Source: an uncultured Candidatus Saccharibacteria bacterium (GTDB lineage: Bacteria > Patescibacteriota > Dojkabacteria > J137). From it: a stretch of 61,094 nt of DNA. The position numbers and the translations under genes were made by a program. The DNA lies in NCBI GenBank assembly GCA_964561155.1, contig CAZLOI010000002.1, forward strand, positions 155,629 through 216,722, given 5' to 3'. The notes under the pieces were generated by a model. That model was given only the letters and a program-made list of their open reading frames with translations, ran no database searches and was not told the DNA's origin. Shown here piece by piece: positions 18,853 to 29,073 of the stretch. Every line of letters begins with the position of its first letter. The stretch's first letter is position 1.

Positions 18853-21003
18853 TTATTTAGCTGCTCCCAATACCTTCTCCATAATGTTTCTCGGAACTTC
18901 AGCATAGTGACTAGGTTCCATATTACCTGCAGCTGTACCAGATGTTAAGTTTCTTAGATCTCCAATGTATCCAAACAACTCAGCTAGTGGTGCTTCAGCG
19001 ATAATTTCCTTAATCTTTCCTCTTTGTAGAAGATTCTTGATAATACCTCTTCTAGATGAAAGATAACCAGTAACAGCTCCAACGTGTTCTTCAGGTGCAT
19101 TAATAGTAACCTTCATGATAGGTTCTAGTAACACTGGGTTACAAACCTTCATAGCATTCTTGATACCATAATATGCACAAGTCTTGAATGTATCTGTATT
19201 TGAGTCAACATCATGATATGTTCCATCTGTAATTTCAGCTTCAACATCTACAACAGGATAACCACCTAATGGTCCTGCAGTTAGAGAATCCTGGAAACCC
19301 TTGTCGATTGCAGGAATATATTCTCTAGGAATAGCTCCTCCACGAACTGAGTCTAGGAATCTGTAACCTTCTCCTCTTTCTCTTGGTCTTAGAGTCATAT
19401 CAATATCTGCATACTGACCTGCTCCTCCAGACTGCTTCTTTAGTAACTCTCTATGTCTACCTTCACTAGTAATTGTTTCTCTGTATGCAACCTGTGGCTT
19501 ACCTACATTAACTTCAATTCCATATTCTCTCTTTAGAATATCAATCTTGATATCCAGGTGAAGTTCTCCAACTCCAGCAATGATAACTTGACCAGTTTCC
19601 TTGTCAGTTTCAAATTTGAAAGTAGGGTCTTCAGATGCAAGTTTTGATAATGCCTCAGCTAATTTCTCTTGATCAGACTTTGTCTTTGGTTCAATAGCAA
19701 ATCTAACAACTGGCTCTGGGAAGTCGATACCTTCCAAAACCATTGGGAACTTCTCATCAGAGATTGTTTCTCCAGTTCTTGTTTCCTTGAATCCAACAAT
19801 AGCAGCAATGTCTCCAGCCTTAACCTCCTTAACTTCTTCTCTGTGATTTGCATGCATTAAGATAATTCTACCAACTCTTTCCTTGATCTCTTTAGTACTG
19901 TTGTAAACATAAGTTCCTGCTTGTAGCTTACCTGAGTAAACTCTAAAGAATGCTAAGTTTCCAACATGTGGGTCTACAGCTAATTTGAATACTAAACCAA
20001 CAAATGGTTCGTTTTCACTTAAACCTCTTTCCATCATTTCACCCGTATCTGGATTCATTCCAGGAATCTTTCCCTTCAATGCAATCTCATCATGAGTCTC
20101 TGGGTTTTCATAAGTATTGTACTTATCCAAAGGTGATGGAAGATACTTACACACATTATCCAACATAGCCTGAACTCCCTTGTTCTTAAGAGATGATCCT
20201 GCCATAACTGGGAACAACTTTGCTTCAAGTACTGCAGCTCTAACTCCTGCTTCTAATTCGTCTCCAGAAATTTCTTGTCCTTCAAGATACTTAGTAGCAA
20301 TATTGTCGTCAACATCTGCAACAACTTCGATAAGTCTTGTTCTCCATTCCAGAGCTTTTTCTTTGTATGCATCTGTAACTGGGTGAACATCGATATCCTT
20401 TCCTTCGTCATCTCTATGTACTCTTTCTTCCATTCGTACAAGGTCAACAATACCCTTGAACTCATTTTCAACTCCAACAGGAATTGAGATAGGAACTGCT
20501 TTGTCTGTTAAGTGCTCTGTAATTGAAGCATATGATTTATAGAAGTCTGCTCCGATATTGTCTAGTTTGTTGATGTAACACATTCTTGGAACCTTGTATT
20601 TGTCTGCTTGGAACCAAACCTTTGAAGACTGTGGTTCAACCCCCATCTTTCCGTCGAATACAACAATAGCTCCGTCTAGAACTCTTAAAGATCTCTCTAC
20701 CTCAGCTGTAAAGTCAACATGACCTGGTGTATCAATGATGTTGAATCTATATAATTGAGAGTTGTAATCCCAGAAAGCAGTAGTAGCTGCTGACTGAATA
20801 GTAATCCCTCTTTCTCTTTCCTGATCCATGAAGTCCATCTCTGCAGCTCCTTCGTGTACTTCTCCTAGCTTATGTTTTCTTCCAGTAAAGAAAAGAATTC
20901 TCTCTGTTGTTGTAGTTTTACCTGCATCAACGTGTGCAATAATACCTATATTTCTATAGAACTTTGTGTCTTTAACCTTGGTATAGTCAATAATTCCTGC
21001 CAT
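18853..21003 (-). CDS. fusA: Elongation factor G
   Basis: AHVDAGKTTTTE, RGITIQSAAT, DTPGHVDF, NKLD, GELHL, QVAYRETI, KQSGGAGQY, LLEPIM. Confidence 0.97.
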   Translation of the reverse strand: MAGIIDYTKVKDTKFYRNIGIIAHVDAGKTTTTERILFFTGRKHKLGEVHEGAAEMDFMDQERERGITIQSAATTAFWDYNSQLYRFNIIDTPGHVDFTAEVERSLRVLDGAIVVFDGKMGVEPQSSKVWFQADKYKVPRMCYINKLDNIGADFYKSYASITEHLTDKAVPISIPVGVENEFKGIVDLVRMEERVHRDDEGKDIDVHPVTDAYKEKALEWRTRLIEVVADVDDNIATKYLEGQEISGDELEAGVRAAVLEAKLFPVMAGSSLKNKGVQAMLDNVCKYLPSPLDKYNTYENPETHDEIALKGKIPGMNPDTGEMMERGLSENEPFVGLVFKLAVDPHVGNLAFFRVYSGKLQAGTYVYNSTKEIKERVGRIILMHANHREEVKEVKAGDIAAIVGFKETRTGETISDEKFPMVLEGIDFPEPVVRFAIEPKTKSDQEKLAEALSKLASEDPTFKFETDKETGQVIIAGVGELHLDIKIDILKREYGIEVNVGKPQVAYRETITSEGRHRELLKKQSGGAGQYADIDMTLRPRERGEGYRFLDSVRGGAIPREYIPAIDKGFQDSLTAGPLGGYPVVDVEAEITDGTYHDVDSNTDTFKTCAYYGIKNAMKVCNPVLLEPIMKVTINAPEEHVGAVTGYLSSRRGIIKNLLQRGKIKEIIAEAPLAELFGYIGDLRNLTSGTAAGNMEPSHYAEVPRNIMEKVLGAAK

Positions 21004-21101
21004 AGTAAGTTAGTTAAATTTGTATATAGTTATTGAAATCGTTATTTAAACGCCCTAATTATATTGTATGTAACGGTATTAGGCAAGAATTAAGGGGTAA
21101 A

Positions 21102-21482
21102 TTAGACGAATCTAATCTCGAATCCATACATCCCCATACTACACGAACCTGCAATAGTTGTACCTGCCTTTTGCGGAAGTATTTGAATATCTGTTTCACC
21201 TGTTGTTGGAAGGAAATCCTGGAACTTAAGATCCTTAATGAATAACGCTGCAGAACAGTCTAGGGTATTGTTTGTCTTAATACGCAGAATAGTAGCTGTA
21301 TCTGCCTTTGCTTGGGTTACTGCAGGAGAATATCCATTTTTTGCTGTTACTTCAACGATTTGAAACCCACCTTCTGCACTCGATTTAGCAAACTCAGATG
21401 TTGTGTTCTTTGATACCAGAAGAAATCCAGCCACAAGAACTAGCACAACTGGAACAAGGTATATTAGATTGGATTTCTTCAT
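21102..21482 (-). CDS. Cupredoxin-domain protein (membrane anchored)
   Basis: GYSPAVTQAKAD, DCSAAL, GSCSMGMY. Confidence 0.8.
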   Translation of the reverse strand: MKKSNLIYLVPVVLVLVAGFLLVSKNTTSEFAKSSAEGGFQIVEVTAKNGYSPAVTQAKADTATILRIKTNNTLDCSAALFIKDLKFQDFLPTTGETDIQILPQKAGTTIAGSCSMGMYGFEIRFV

Positions 21483-21597
21483 ATTTTTGACTTTTATTAC
21501 CCTTTAATACTCGATAAACACTTCTATGTTACATATTCTATCACGTTCTTTACGAAACAGAAGTTGGGAGTATAATGTGGCAGATTACAACTAAAAT

Positions 21598-22188
21598 ATG
21601 AACGATCAATTCCCAAATACCTACGATGTAGAATCATTAGCAGCAGAGCTTTCTTCAGTTATTAGGCTAGAAGAATGCAATCCAACACCAGCAAGAATGG
21701 AGAGTGTTTCTGATTATGAAGTTAATGCTCTTTTTGTTGAGCTTCTAAAAGAGTTCCCAGATCTACTAAACACAGTACTGCAAGGGCAAAGGAGAGCAAG
21801 GGAGATAAAAACATATAGTCCACCATCTGGAATTCTCGATTACGAAACAACAGGACATGCTTCTTTTCTACGAACGGCTATGCGTTCTATACAAAGTCTT
21901 TTGGAGTTCAAAATATACTTGGACGATCGAACAAGATACGTTAACCCAGTTAACTTAGGAATCTTTCTATTCAACTATCGGAAAGTATTGCAGAACACTG
22001 GGGCAGAAGCTGACGAGGAAAATACGCTTTGGTTAAAAATAGCAGAGAGAATTGGAGTTACAGATACAACAATTAGTCAAATGCAGGAGTATATTAAAAA
22101 ATCTCATAGGAATTCAGCACTTCAAGAAGGTTCTGCATTTGAAAGGCAGGACAGAGCTCTTGCTGCAGAACCTAAATACGAAGCATAA
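21598..22188 (+). CDS. Hypothetical protein
   Basis: 196-aa ORF whose stop abuts tRNA-Thr. Confidence 0.6.
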   Translation: MNDQFPNTYDVESLAAELSSVIRLEECNPTPARMESVSDYEVNALFVELLKEFPDLLNTVLQGQRRAREIKTYSPPSGILDYETTGHASFLRTAMRSIQSLLEFKIYLDDRTRYVNPVNLGIFLFNYRKVLQNTGAEADEENTLWLKIAERIGVTDTTISQMQEYIKKSHRNSALQEGSAFERQDRALAAEPKYEA

Positions 22189-22261
22189 GCCAACGTAGCT
22201 CAATTGGTAGAGCAGCTGTATCGTAAACAGCAGGTTGTGAGTTCGATCCTCACCTTTGGCT
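22189..22261 (+). tRNA. tRNA-Thr(CGT)
   Basis: Cloverleaf: GCCAACG acceptor, AGCTCAATTGGTAGAGC D-arm, GCTGT-ATCGTAA-ACAGC anticodon arm, GTGAG-TTCGATC-CTCAC T-arm; CCA not encoded. Confidence 0.93.
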
Positions 22262-22323
22262 ATTTTCATTGACGCAAATATTATCTGGTGATATAACTTC
22301 TCGATTAATTTTAGAAGAAACCT

Positions 22324-22821
22324 ATGTCAACTCTAGACACTCATATAGCTGATTCCTCCTTTGTAGATACAACGCCTAGACCTGAAGGGAGAGTAGACAA
22401 ACTACTTAATCATTACGCAAACGAGCTTACACATAGCGTTAACGAAATAAGATTCTCACAAACGAAATTTCAAATTGAGAATGTTGCTTGGGCAACTAAA
22501 AGAACCTTGAGAACACTCGTAGGATTACACAGATTTATACAAAAAGAACTTGTAGAAGAGCATATCTATAATCTAAGAAATGATACAACCCAAAGAACTA
22601 TAGCTGTATTACAGGAGATAGAAAGGGAGCTAAACAAGATAGTGGAGTTTAAACACAGCCTTGGATGTTCGATATCAGGTACAGTTCTAAGACTCAGATT
22701 ATTCACAGTGCTTACTATGGTAAATGAATGCTTGGGTTACATTAATGGGGGAGATGATGTTAATGTATCAATATATATGAAAACAAACAACTCATTCATA
22801 CGGATATCAAGGACTCATTGA
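22324..22821 (+). CDS. Hypothetical protein
   Basis: 165-aa helical ORF. Confidence 0.55.
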   Translation: MSTLDTHIADSSFVDTTPRPEGRVDKLLNHYANELTHSVNEIRFSQTKFQIENVAWATKRTLRTLVGLHRFIQKELVEEHIYNLRNDTTQRTIAVLQEIERELNKIVEFKHSLGCSISGTVLRLRLFTVLTMVNECLGYINGGDDVNVSIYMKTNNSFIRISRTH

Positions 22822-22915
22822 AGAGCTTTCTTCATTTGGTAGCAACACATCCCAAGTAGAATTCATGGAACTCTAGTCAGATTCAAGGAATGCTAATCCA
22901 TGATAAGATATAGTC

Positions 22916-23983
22916 ATGGCAGAAAACTCAATCAATAAATATTCTCTTCCATATTTCCGAGAATACATCACAACACTTAGAAACAACAACTATTCCAGAG
23001 AAACCTTGGACAACTATTCACGAGACCTAGAAATCTTCACTTCATACCTATACTACGTTGAAACTCCATTTGAAAAGGTAGACAAGATGACAATCGCTGA
23101 CTACAAAGGTTTCTTGCGAGATCAAAACTATCTTCCAATACTACATAAATTCCAGTCTCAAGAAGAAATAACAGACAAAGATGTAAAGAAAAGTCAGGAA
23201 GACGTTTCAGAACTTAAGAAAGCGATGTACAAGGGACAGCTTTCAGACAACTCAGTAAACAGAATGCTTTCGTCACTGCGATCCTACATGAATTTCTTGG
23301 TAGATATGGACAAACCAGTACCAATACCACCAAGTGCTATTAAGATGATTAAAGCAGAAAAGAAAGAGAAACAAGTAGCTGAACTAAATGAGCTTGTTTC
23401 ATTAATCGAATGTCCTCTTCAATTCGAAGATGACTTAATTGTTAGACATAGAAACAGAGCTATATTGGAACTAATATTCTCTACAGGAATGAGAATTTCA
23501 GAAGTAGTGAATCTAAATAGGGAACATTTCAAGATAGAAGATAACAAGGTAGTTGATAATAAGATATACATTGAAGGTAAAGGAAAGAAACAGCGATTTG
23601 TATACCTTACAGAGCGATCTATCCACTATCTAAACGAATATCTACCAAATAGAGTAGATGAATATCCTGCTATGTTTGTGCCAACAAAAGGAACAAGGAA
23701 AGCAACTAACAATCCATATCTTGTTAGATTGTCTCAAAACTATATTCAAATGAAGATAGCAGAGTATAGAAGGAAACTTGGAATAGTTGTTCCAACATCT
23801 GCACATAGTCTAAGACACGGGTTTGCAACATACATTGCAGAAGAAGGAGCTAATCCTGCTGCTATACAGAAGCTTCTTGGACATTCATCATTACAAACTA
23901 CATCTAAATACGTTCATGCCTCCGACAAGTTTGCAGAGAAAGCTCACAGAGATTTCCACCCATTAAAGGATGACGTTGAATAG
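22916..23983 (+). CDS. Tyrosine recombinase, XerC/XerD-like
   Basis: RNRAILELIFSTGMRISE, GKGKKQR, HSLRHGFAT, LLGHSSLQTTSKY (full R-K-H-R-H-Y set), C-terminal HRDFHP. Confidence 0.9.
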   Translation: MAENSINKYSLPYFREYITTLRNNNYSRETLDNYSRDLEIFTSYLYYVETPFEKVDKMTIADYKGFLRDQNYLPILHKFQSQEEITDKDVKKSQEDVSELKKAMYKGQLSDNSVNRMLSSLRSYMNFLVDMDKPVPIPPSAIKMIKAEKKEKQVAELNELVSLIECPLQFEDDLIVRHRNRAILELIFSTGMRISEVVNLNREHFKIEDNKVVDNKIYIEGKGKKQRFVYLTERSIHYLNEYLPNRVDEYPAMFVPTKGTRKATNNPYLVRLSQNYIQMKIAEYRRKLGIVVPTSAHSLRHGFATYIAEEGANPAAIQKLLGHSSLQTTSKYVHASDKFAEKAHRDFHPLKDDVE

Positions 23984-24049
23984 CTTCAACAGATGGAATA
24001 GCTTGCCTACACACTCTTCAGTGCTATAATCTCTCAAATTTATTACTCT

Positions 24050-24664
24050 ATGGACACATTAGAAGCAGATCAAATACGAGCATCTGATTATGGAGACGAC
24101 TTCACACAAAGGGCTGTTGTAATCCCTTTTGCTACTATTGAAAAAATAATAGATCATACCGAACAGATACTACGCATAACCGATCCACATACTAGATTTT
24201 TTACCATATTAAAACTGACTGGCTTTTCTTTCAAAGAGATAGCATATAATACCTCCTATGCACAAAGAACTGTTATAAACTGGTATCACAAATACAACAA
24301 TATAACTGTAAGAAACATGATTCAGGTGGCACATCATTTAGGATTACCAATCGAGCTATTTGCAAATGGATTAGATCTTGGGCAAGGACCAACAACACTT
24401 GTAAACCCAATCAACATGGCATCTACTGAATTCATTATGGGCCATAGAATCTTTAGAGAACGAATTGCAATGCTAAAGGAATATACAAATACTAGCGACA
24501 TCGACTTACGAAGAGTTGGGTTTGATTTCCTATACCTAAGTAAACGAGATTATATTTACAGACTTCCTAATCTTAGTAAACTTGGAGCTCTTTCCAAATT
24601 ATTCAATGTTCCAATGAGTTTTCTAATCAAAGGAGTTGAAATTCAAATGCCTCTAGATTTATAA
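24050..24664 (+). CDS. Protein with two XRE/Cro-C1-like HTH domains
   Basis: FSFKEIAYNTSYAQRTVINW...IQVAHHLGLPIELF and a second ...PNLSKLGALSKLFNVPMSFL. Confidence 0.55.
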   Translation: MDTLEADQIRASDYGDDFTQRAVVIPFATIEKIIDHTEQILRITDPHTRFFTILKLTGFSFKEIAYNTSYAQRTVINWYHKYNNITVRNMIQVAHHLGLPIELFANGLDLGQGPTTLVNPINMASTEFIMGHRIFRERIAMLKEYTNTSDIDLRRVGFDFLYLSKRDYIYRLPNLSKLGALSKLFNVPMSFLIKGVEIQMPLDL

Positions 24665-24723
24665 CCTTGCATCGCTCTGTTTGATATAATAGAGTAATTA
24701 ATAACAACTGTTAATACCTAAAT

Positions 24724-25440
24724 ATGGATACACAAATCGCTTCTACTGAATTACACACTACATTTAATATGTTCTTGGCTAGAGTTTATGGATGGATGGC
24801 TGTTGCTTTAAGCATATCCTTTGGAGTAGCTTTGGTAGTTACATACCTAATTGAAAGTAGCGTTGCATTCGCAAGCTTCATATTTGGAATATATCCATTT
24901 ATTCTCTTTGGTCAGTTAATTATAGTATTGGTTCTTTCCTTGCTAGTGAATAGAATAAACATAATACTGTCTTCCTTAATGTTTATGTTCTACGCACTAA
25001 CAATGGGAGTATTCCTAGGCGTTATCATCACAGCATATACAGCAAGTAGCGTAATCGTTTCTATTCTAGCTGCTGTTCTTGTATTTGCAGTAGCATCCCT
25101 ATATGGACTCTTTACAAAGAGTGATCTAAGTGGATGGAGAGGTTTTGTATTCTTTGGAATCTTTGGATTGATAATTGGAACACTTATCAACTTCGTTATG
25201 TTCTTTGTATCTCCAGCCTTCGCTCAAGGTTTCTACTGGGTACTAACATATGTAGGAATAGGTATATTCATAATTGCTACAGCATACGATACTCAAAGAC
25301 TTAAGGAACTAGCATACGAAGGAGAGCGAACAGGAGTAAGTACATCATCGCTTGCTATACAAGGAGCCTTGATACTTTACCTCGACTTCATTAATATTTT
25401 CATAAGAGTGCTTGCAATCTTTGGTAAGGGCAAGAACTAA
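24724..25440 (+). CDS. Bax inhibitor-1/YccA family membrane protein
   Basis: RVYGWM, KSDLSGW, AYDTQRLK, ALILYLDFINIF. Confidence 0.9.
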   Translation: MDTQIASTELHTTFNMFLARVYGWMAVALSISFGVALVVTYLIESSVAFASFIFGIYPFILFGQLIIVLVLSLLVNRINIILSSLMFMFYALTMGVFLGVIITAYTASSVIVSILAAVLVFAVASLYGLFTKSDLSGWRGFVFFGIFGLIIGTLINFVMFFVSPAFAQGFYWVLTYVGIGIFIIATAYDTQRLKELAYEGERTGVSTSSLAIQGALILYLDFINIFIRVLAIFGKGKN

Positions 25441-25498
25441 CTGAAATATTCAAATAGAACTAACGTATAATATTAGTTGTAACTATTATTATTTATCT

Positions 25499-26668
25499 AT
25501 GAACAAAGTAGCGATATCTTTTTTTGCACTAACTTTAATAGTTTGTTCCTTTGGAACAGGCTTAATAGGAGGATACATTGGTACAAGACTTTCCTTAAAT
25601 AACGGGAATCTAGGTCAAACATTAAACAGCATTGGTAACAATGTCGAAGTTCTTAACGAAGAATCTGCAGTAATTAGCGTTGCAGAGAATTCAAAAGACT
25701 CAGTAGTAAGTATAGTAATAACAAAGGATGTTCCTTTGTATGAAAATTCATACGACCCATACGATTTCTTCAACTTTGAAAGACAGCAGATTGGAAGCGA
25801 AGAAAGACAAGTTGGAGCAGGAACAGGATTTATCATATCTGAAGATGGCCTCGTCATAACCAACAGGCATGTCGTAGAGGATGAAGAAGCTTCATACACA
25901 GTAATATTCTCCGATGGAACAAAGAAAGAAGCTACAGTACTTTCAAAGGATACTATCCTAGATATAGCCTTTGTAAAGCTAGAAGGAAATGGATACAAAG
26001 CTTTAAACCTTGGATCATCTAACGGTATAAAGGTTGGACAAAGCGTAATAGCAATCGGAAATGCACTAGGTGAATTCTCAAACACTGTTAGTACCGGAAT
26101 AATATCTGGCCTTCAAAGAGACATTGTAGCAACAGACAGCCAAGGACTTTCTGCAGAAGAACTAAACGGAGTAATACAAACAGATGCGAGTATTAACCAA
26201 GGTAACTCTGGAGGACCTTTGCTTGATATTAAAGGAAACGTAATTGGAGTTAATGTAGCAGTAGCAGGTGAAGCTGAAAACATAGGCTTCGCAATCCCTA
26301 TAGACCTAGTTAAAGATCTAATACAACGACTTAATACAGATGGAACAATAGAGAGACCAGTTCTTGGTGTTCGGTACATTCTAATCGATTCCGATGTACA
26401 AGAACGAAACGATCTAAGTGTAGACTATGGAGCATTGATTGCTAGAGGAGATACATCTGCAGATCTTGCAGTGATTCCAGGAAGCCCAGCTGACAAAGCA
26501 GGATTAAGAGAAAATGATATAATCCTCGAGATTGATGGAGTAAAGGTATCAACCGAAAACTCTCTTCAATTCATAATACAAAACTATAAAATAAACGATA
26601 CAGTTACACTAAAGATACTAAGACAAGGAACAGAGTCAAGCGTAGCTGTAAAATTAGAAAAGTTTTAA
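25499..26668 (+). CDS. htrA: HtrA/DegP-family serine protease with PDZ domain
   Basis: GTGFII, TNRHV, LDIAF, IQTDASINQGNSGGPL, PDZ GSPADKAGL. Confidence 0.93.
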   Translation: MNKVAISFFALTLIVCSFGTGLIGGYIGTRLSLNNGNLGQTLNSIGNNVEVLNEESAVISVAENSKDSVVSIVITKDVPLYENSYDPYDFFNFERQQIGSEERQVGAGTGFIISEDGLVITNRHVVEDEEASYTVIFSDGTKKEATVLSKDTILDIAFVKLEGNGYKALNLGSSNGIKVGQSVIAIGNALGEFSNTVSTGIISGLQRDIVATDSQGLSAEELNGVIQTDASINQGNSGGPLLDIKGNVIGVNVAVAGEAENIGFAIPIDLVKDLIQRLNTDGTIERPVLGVRYILIDSDVQERNDLSVDYGALIARGDTSADLAVIPGSPADKAGLRENDIILEIDGVKVSTENSLQFIIQNYKINDTVTLKILRQGTESSVAVKLEKF

Positions 26669-27531
26669 TGATCAATTGCAAAGAGCTATCAAAAGAAATA
26701 TTTGAGAGAGCCAAAGAGCTCTCTCTTAAGTTTGGTACACACGACAAGAAGGTTCTAATCATAGTTGCAGGAAACGACTTGGCTAGCAAGAAATATGTAG
26801 AACTTAAGGAAAAGAAGTTTGTTGAATTAGGAATAACACCTGTAATAGAGGAGCTTAAGGAGTTGGAAGATATTAAAAAAAGCATTAGTTCTGCGAATAA
26901 AGATACGAATACCGTTGGAATAATGGTACAGCTACCCTTGTACCCAGAACTTGATAAATATAAAACAGAGATCCTTCATTTAATAGATCCAAAGAAGGAT
27001 ATAGATGGTTTAACAGGTATTAATTTAAGTAACATTGGAAAGAACGAAGAGTTAATACTTCCAGCTACAGTTGAAGGTATTATCATCCTCCTTGAACGCA
27101 TTGCAAAGCTAGACACAGAGATACCAACGACAACACTTAAAGACTTCGTAACTGGTTTAAACATAGTTGTAATAAATGATTCGAAGCTAATTGGAATACC
27201 TCTTTCTAGGAAACTAAAAGCCCTAGGAGCCCTTGTTACTACCCTAAACAAGTACACAGAAGATGTAAGTTCATATACAAGAAACGCAGACATTGTAGTA
27301 ACAGCAACGGGGAATATTGAGATATTTGATGAAAGTTTCTTTAAAAAGGATTCGATCCTAATTGATGTAACAAGTATTCAAACAGAAGATGGAGTTAAAG
27401 GAGATATAAAGGTTACAAAGAAGCTTTTGGATAAGGTTAAGTTCATAACACCAGTTCCTGGTGGAGTAGGGCCATTAACTGTTTCTAGTTTAATGCTAAA
27501 TACAATTAAGCTCGCTATTGCTCAAACTTAA
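26668..27531 (+). CDS. folD: Bifunctional methylenetetrahydrofolate dehydrogenase/cyclohydrolase
   Basis: YVELK, GIMVQLPL, KDIDG, PATVEG, ITPVPGGVGPLT. Confidence 0.9.
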   Translation: MINCKELSKEIFERAKELSLKFGTHDKKVLIIVAGNDLASKKYVELKEKKFVELGITPVIEELKELEDIKKSISSANKDTNTVGIMVQLPLYPELDKYKTEILHLIDPKKDIDGLTGINLSNIGKNEELILPATVEGIIILLERIAKLDTEIPTTTLKDFVTGLNIVVINDSKLIGIPLSRKLKALGALVTTLNKYTEDVSSYTRNADIVVTATGNIEIFDESFFKKDSILIDVTSIQTEDGVKGDIKVTKKLLDKVKFITPVPGGVGPLTVSSLMLNTIKLAIAQT

Positions 27532-28315
27532 TTAAGTTTGGAAGAATCTTGCTTGTACCAAAAGAATTCAAGCTACTGCCTCTAAAGTATACCGATACTG
27601 AAGAACCACCATCCAAGTTCATAACGGTAATGTCACTTCCTAATATTCGTTTAAGATCCATTCCTAGCGTTTCTAAACCAACTTGCTTTGTTGTTACACC
27701 TATAAAGATTTCATCATTTGCATTAATACCAATAAAGGATCTAAATGTTAATAGGCTACCATTAGGAGATGCATTAATTAGTTCTTCTCTAACATCACCA
27801 TTCTCTACAAAGAGAGGACCTGATTGGAATTCAAATGAAGAAGAGTCATCAAAGACATATTGATTATTTGGAACAAAGCTTAACTCGTTATTCTTAAGTC
27901 TTGTTACATGAGTTAACTGATTGTCATTTGGAGCAAGAGGCACAAATCTAAATCCATTTACAGTTAACAAACCTGCATGACTACCGTCTTCTAGAAAGTA
28001 TCCTGAATTTATACAAGCAAGACTTCCTCTACAAACATCGGTAACATTCTGCGCATTGTCTGCATCATGAAAATAGCTGATTCGACTTTGTTCAGTCATT
28101 GTCCTAACAATATATCCATCTGAAACAATAATGCTGGTATCTGTATTCTCAAAACCTTCGAATATATCTCCCAAAGAGAAGCTTTCAGGTAATCTATTAA
28201 AGTCTTCGAATAGATCGGTAACCCTTTGTTTAACAGAGTTAAAGTTAATTAAGACAAGGATAAAGGCTATACCAAGAAGCAGTCCGATTATTACAGTTCT
28301 GAAAGTTCTAAACAT
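27515..28315 (-). CDS. Phosphodiester glycosidase (NAGPA-like) family protein
   Basis: INSGYF, QSGPLFV, RSFIGI, MNLDGGSS; N-terminal TM helix. Confidence 0.8.
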   Translation of the reverse strand: MFRTFRTVIIGLLLGIAFILVLINFNSVKQRVTDLFEDFNRLPESFSLGDIFEGFENTDTSIIVSDGYIVRTMTEQSRISYFHDADNAQNVTDVCRGSLACINSGYFLEDGSHAGLLTVNGFRFVPLAPNDNQLTHVTRLKNNELSFVPNNQYVFDDSSSFEFQSGPLFVENGDVREELINASPNGSLLTFRSFIGINANDEIFIGVTTKQVGLETLGMDLKRILGSDITVMNLDGGSSVSVYFRGSSLNSFGTSKILPNLIKFEQ

Positions 28316-28850
28316 TTAACTCCTTACTTAAGAAATCAATATACCTTGTCAAGAAGACTTCAAGTTTCTGCTTCGTTTCAGCATCTGTTAGTTCTCCTTT
28401 GTCATTGAACTTGTCTTGAGCTCTTGATACTGGGAATCTAAATCTACCCATAGTTTTCATATTAACAACCAAAGCTAGATTCATAAGCTGGAGCTGTGCT
28501 CTAACTGTTCCAAAACCTCCATCTGAACAACCAACAATTGCCAGCCACTTTCCATCCAATACATTACCTGAATCTCTAGTTAACCATTCAATAACGTTCT
28601 TCAAAGCTCCTGGAACCATGTGATTGTATTCAGGTGTTGCGATAATCAAAGCATCGCAGTCCTTTGCTTTCTGTTTTAGTTCAACTACAGCTGATGGTAG
28701 GTTACTTTCTAAATCCTGATTAAACATAGGAATATGATTGATAGTCACAACTTCTACGTCGTGCTCTGGAAGCATATCCTTGATAACATGAAGGATTTTG
28801 GTATTAAATGATTCAGCTCTTGTACTACCCGATATAGCAAGTATTTTCAT
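28308..28850 (-). CDS. NADPH-dependent FMN reductase
   Basis: SGSTRAESFN, TPEYNHMVPGALKNVIEW. Confidence 0.92.
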   Translation of the reverse strand: MKILAISGSTRAESFNTKILHVIKDMLPEHDVEVVTINHIPMFNQDLESNLPSAVVELKQKAKDCDALIIATPEYNHMVPGALKNVIEWLTRDSGNVLDGKWLAIVGCSDGGFGTVRAQLQLMNLALVVNMKTMGRFRFPVSRAQDKFNDKGELTDAETKQKLEVFLTRYIDFLSKELNV

Positions 28851-28978
28851 AGGTTGTGTGTAATTAAAGTTATTATATCAGAATAGAAGCTATATTCTTT
28901 ATAAAGTTAGAACAATATACACGAAGCAATAATGATTTTGTGTGATATTAGAGGATATATTAGTGAAGAACTATAAAA

Positions 28979-29050
28979 TGAAGCGGGGGGGGCTCGAACC
29001 CCCAACCAATAGCTTAAAAGGCTACTGCTCTACCATTGAGCTACCGCTCC
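28979..29050 (-). tRNA. tRNA-Lys(TTT)
   Basis: GGAGCGG acceptor, GTAGC-CTTTTAA-GCTAT anticodon arm, GGGGG-TTCGAGC-CCCCC T-arm. Confidence 0.93.
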
Positions 29051-29073
29051 ATTTCGTGTTGAATTATATCAAA

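Noticed and set aside
21040-21075. dif-like site near fusA
   Set aside because: The right arm lacks TTATGT. Read on the minus strand it is simply the TATAAT promoter region of fusA.
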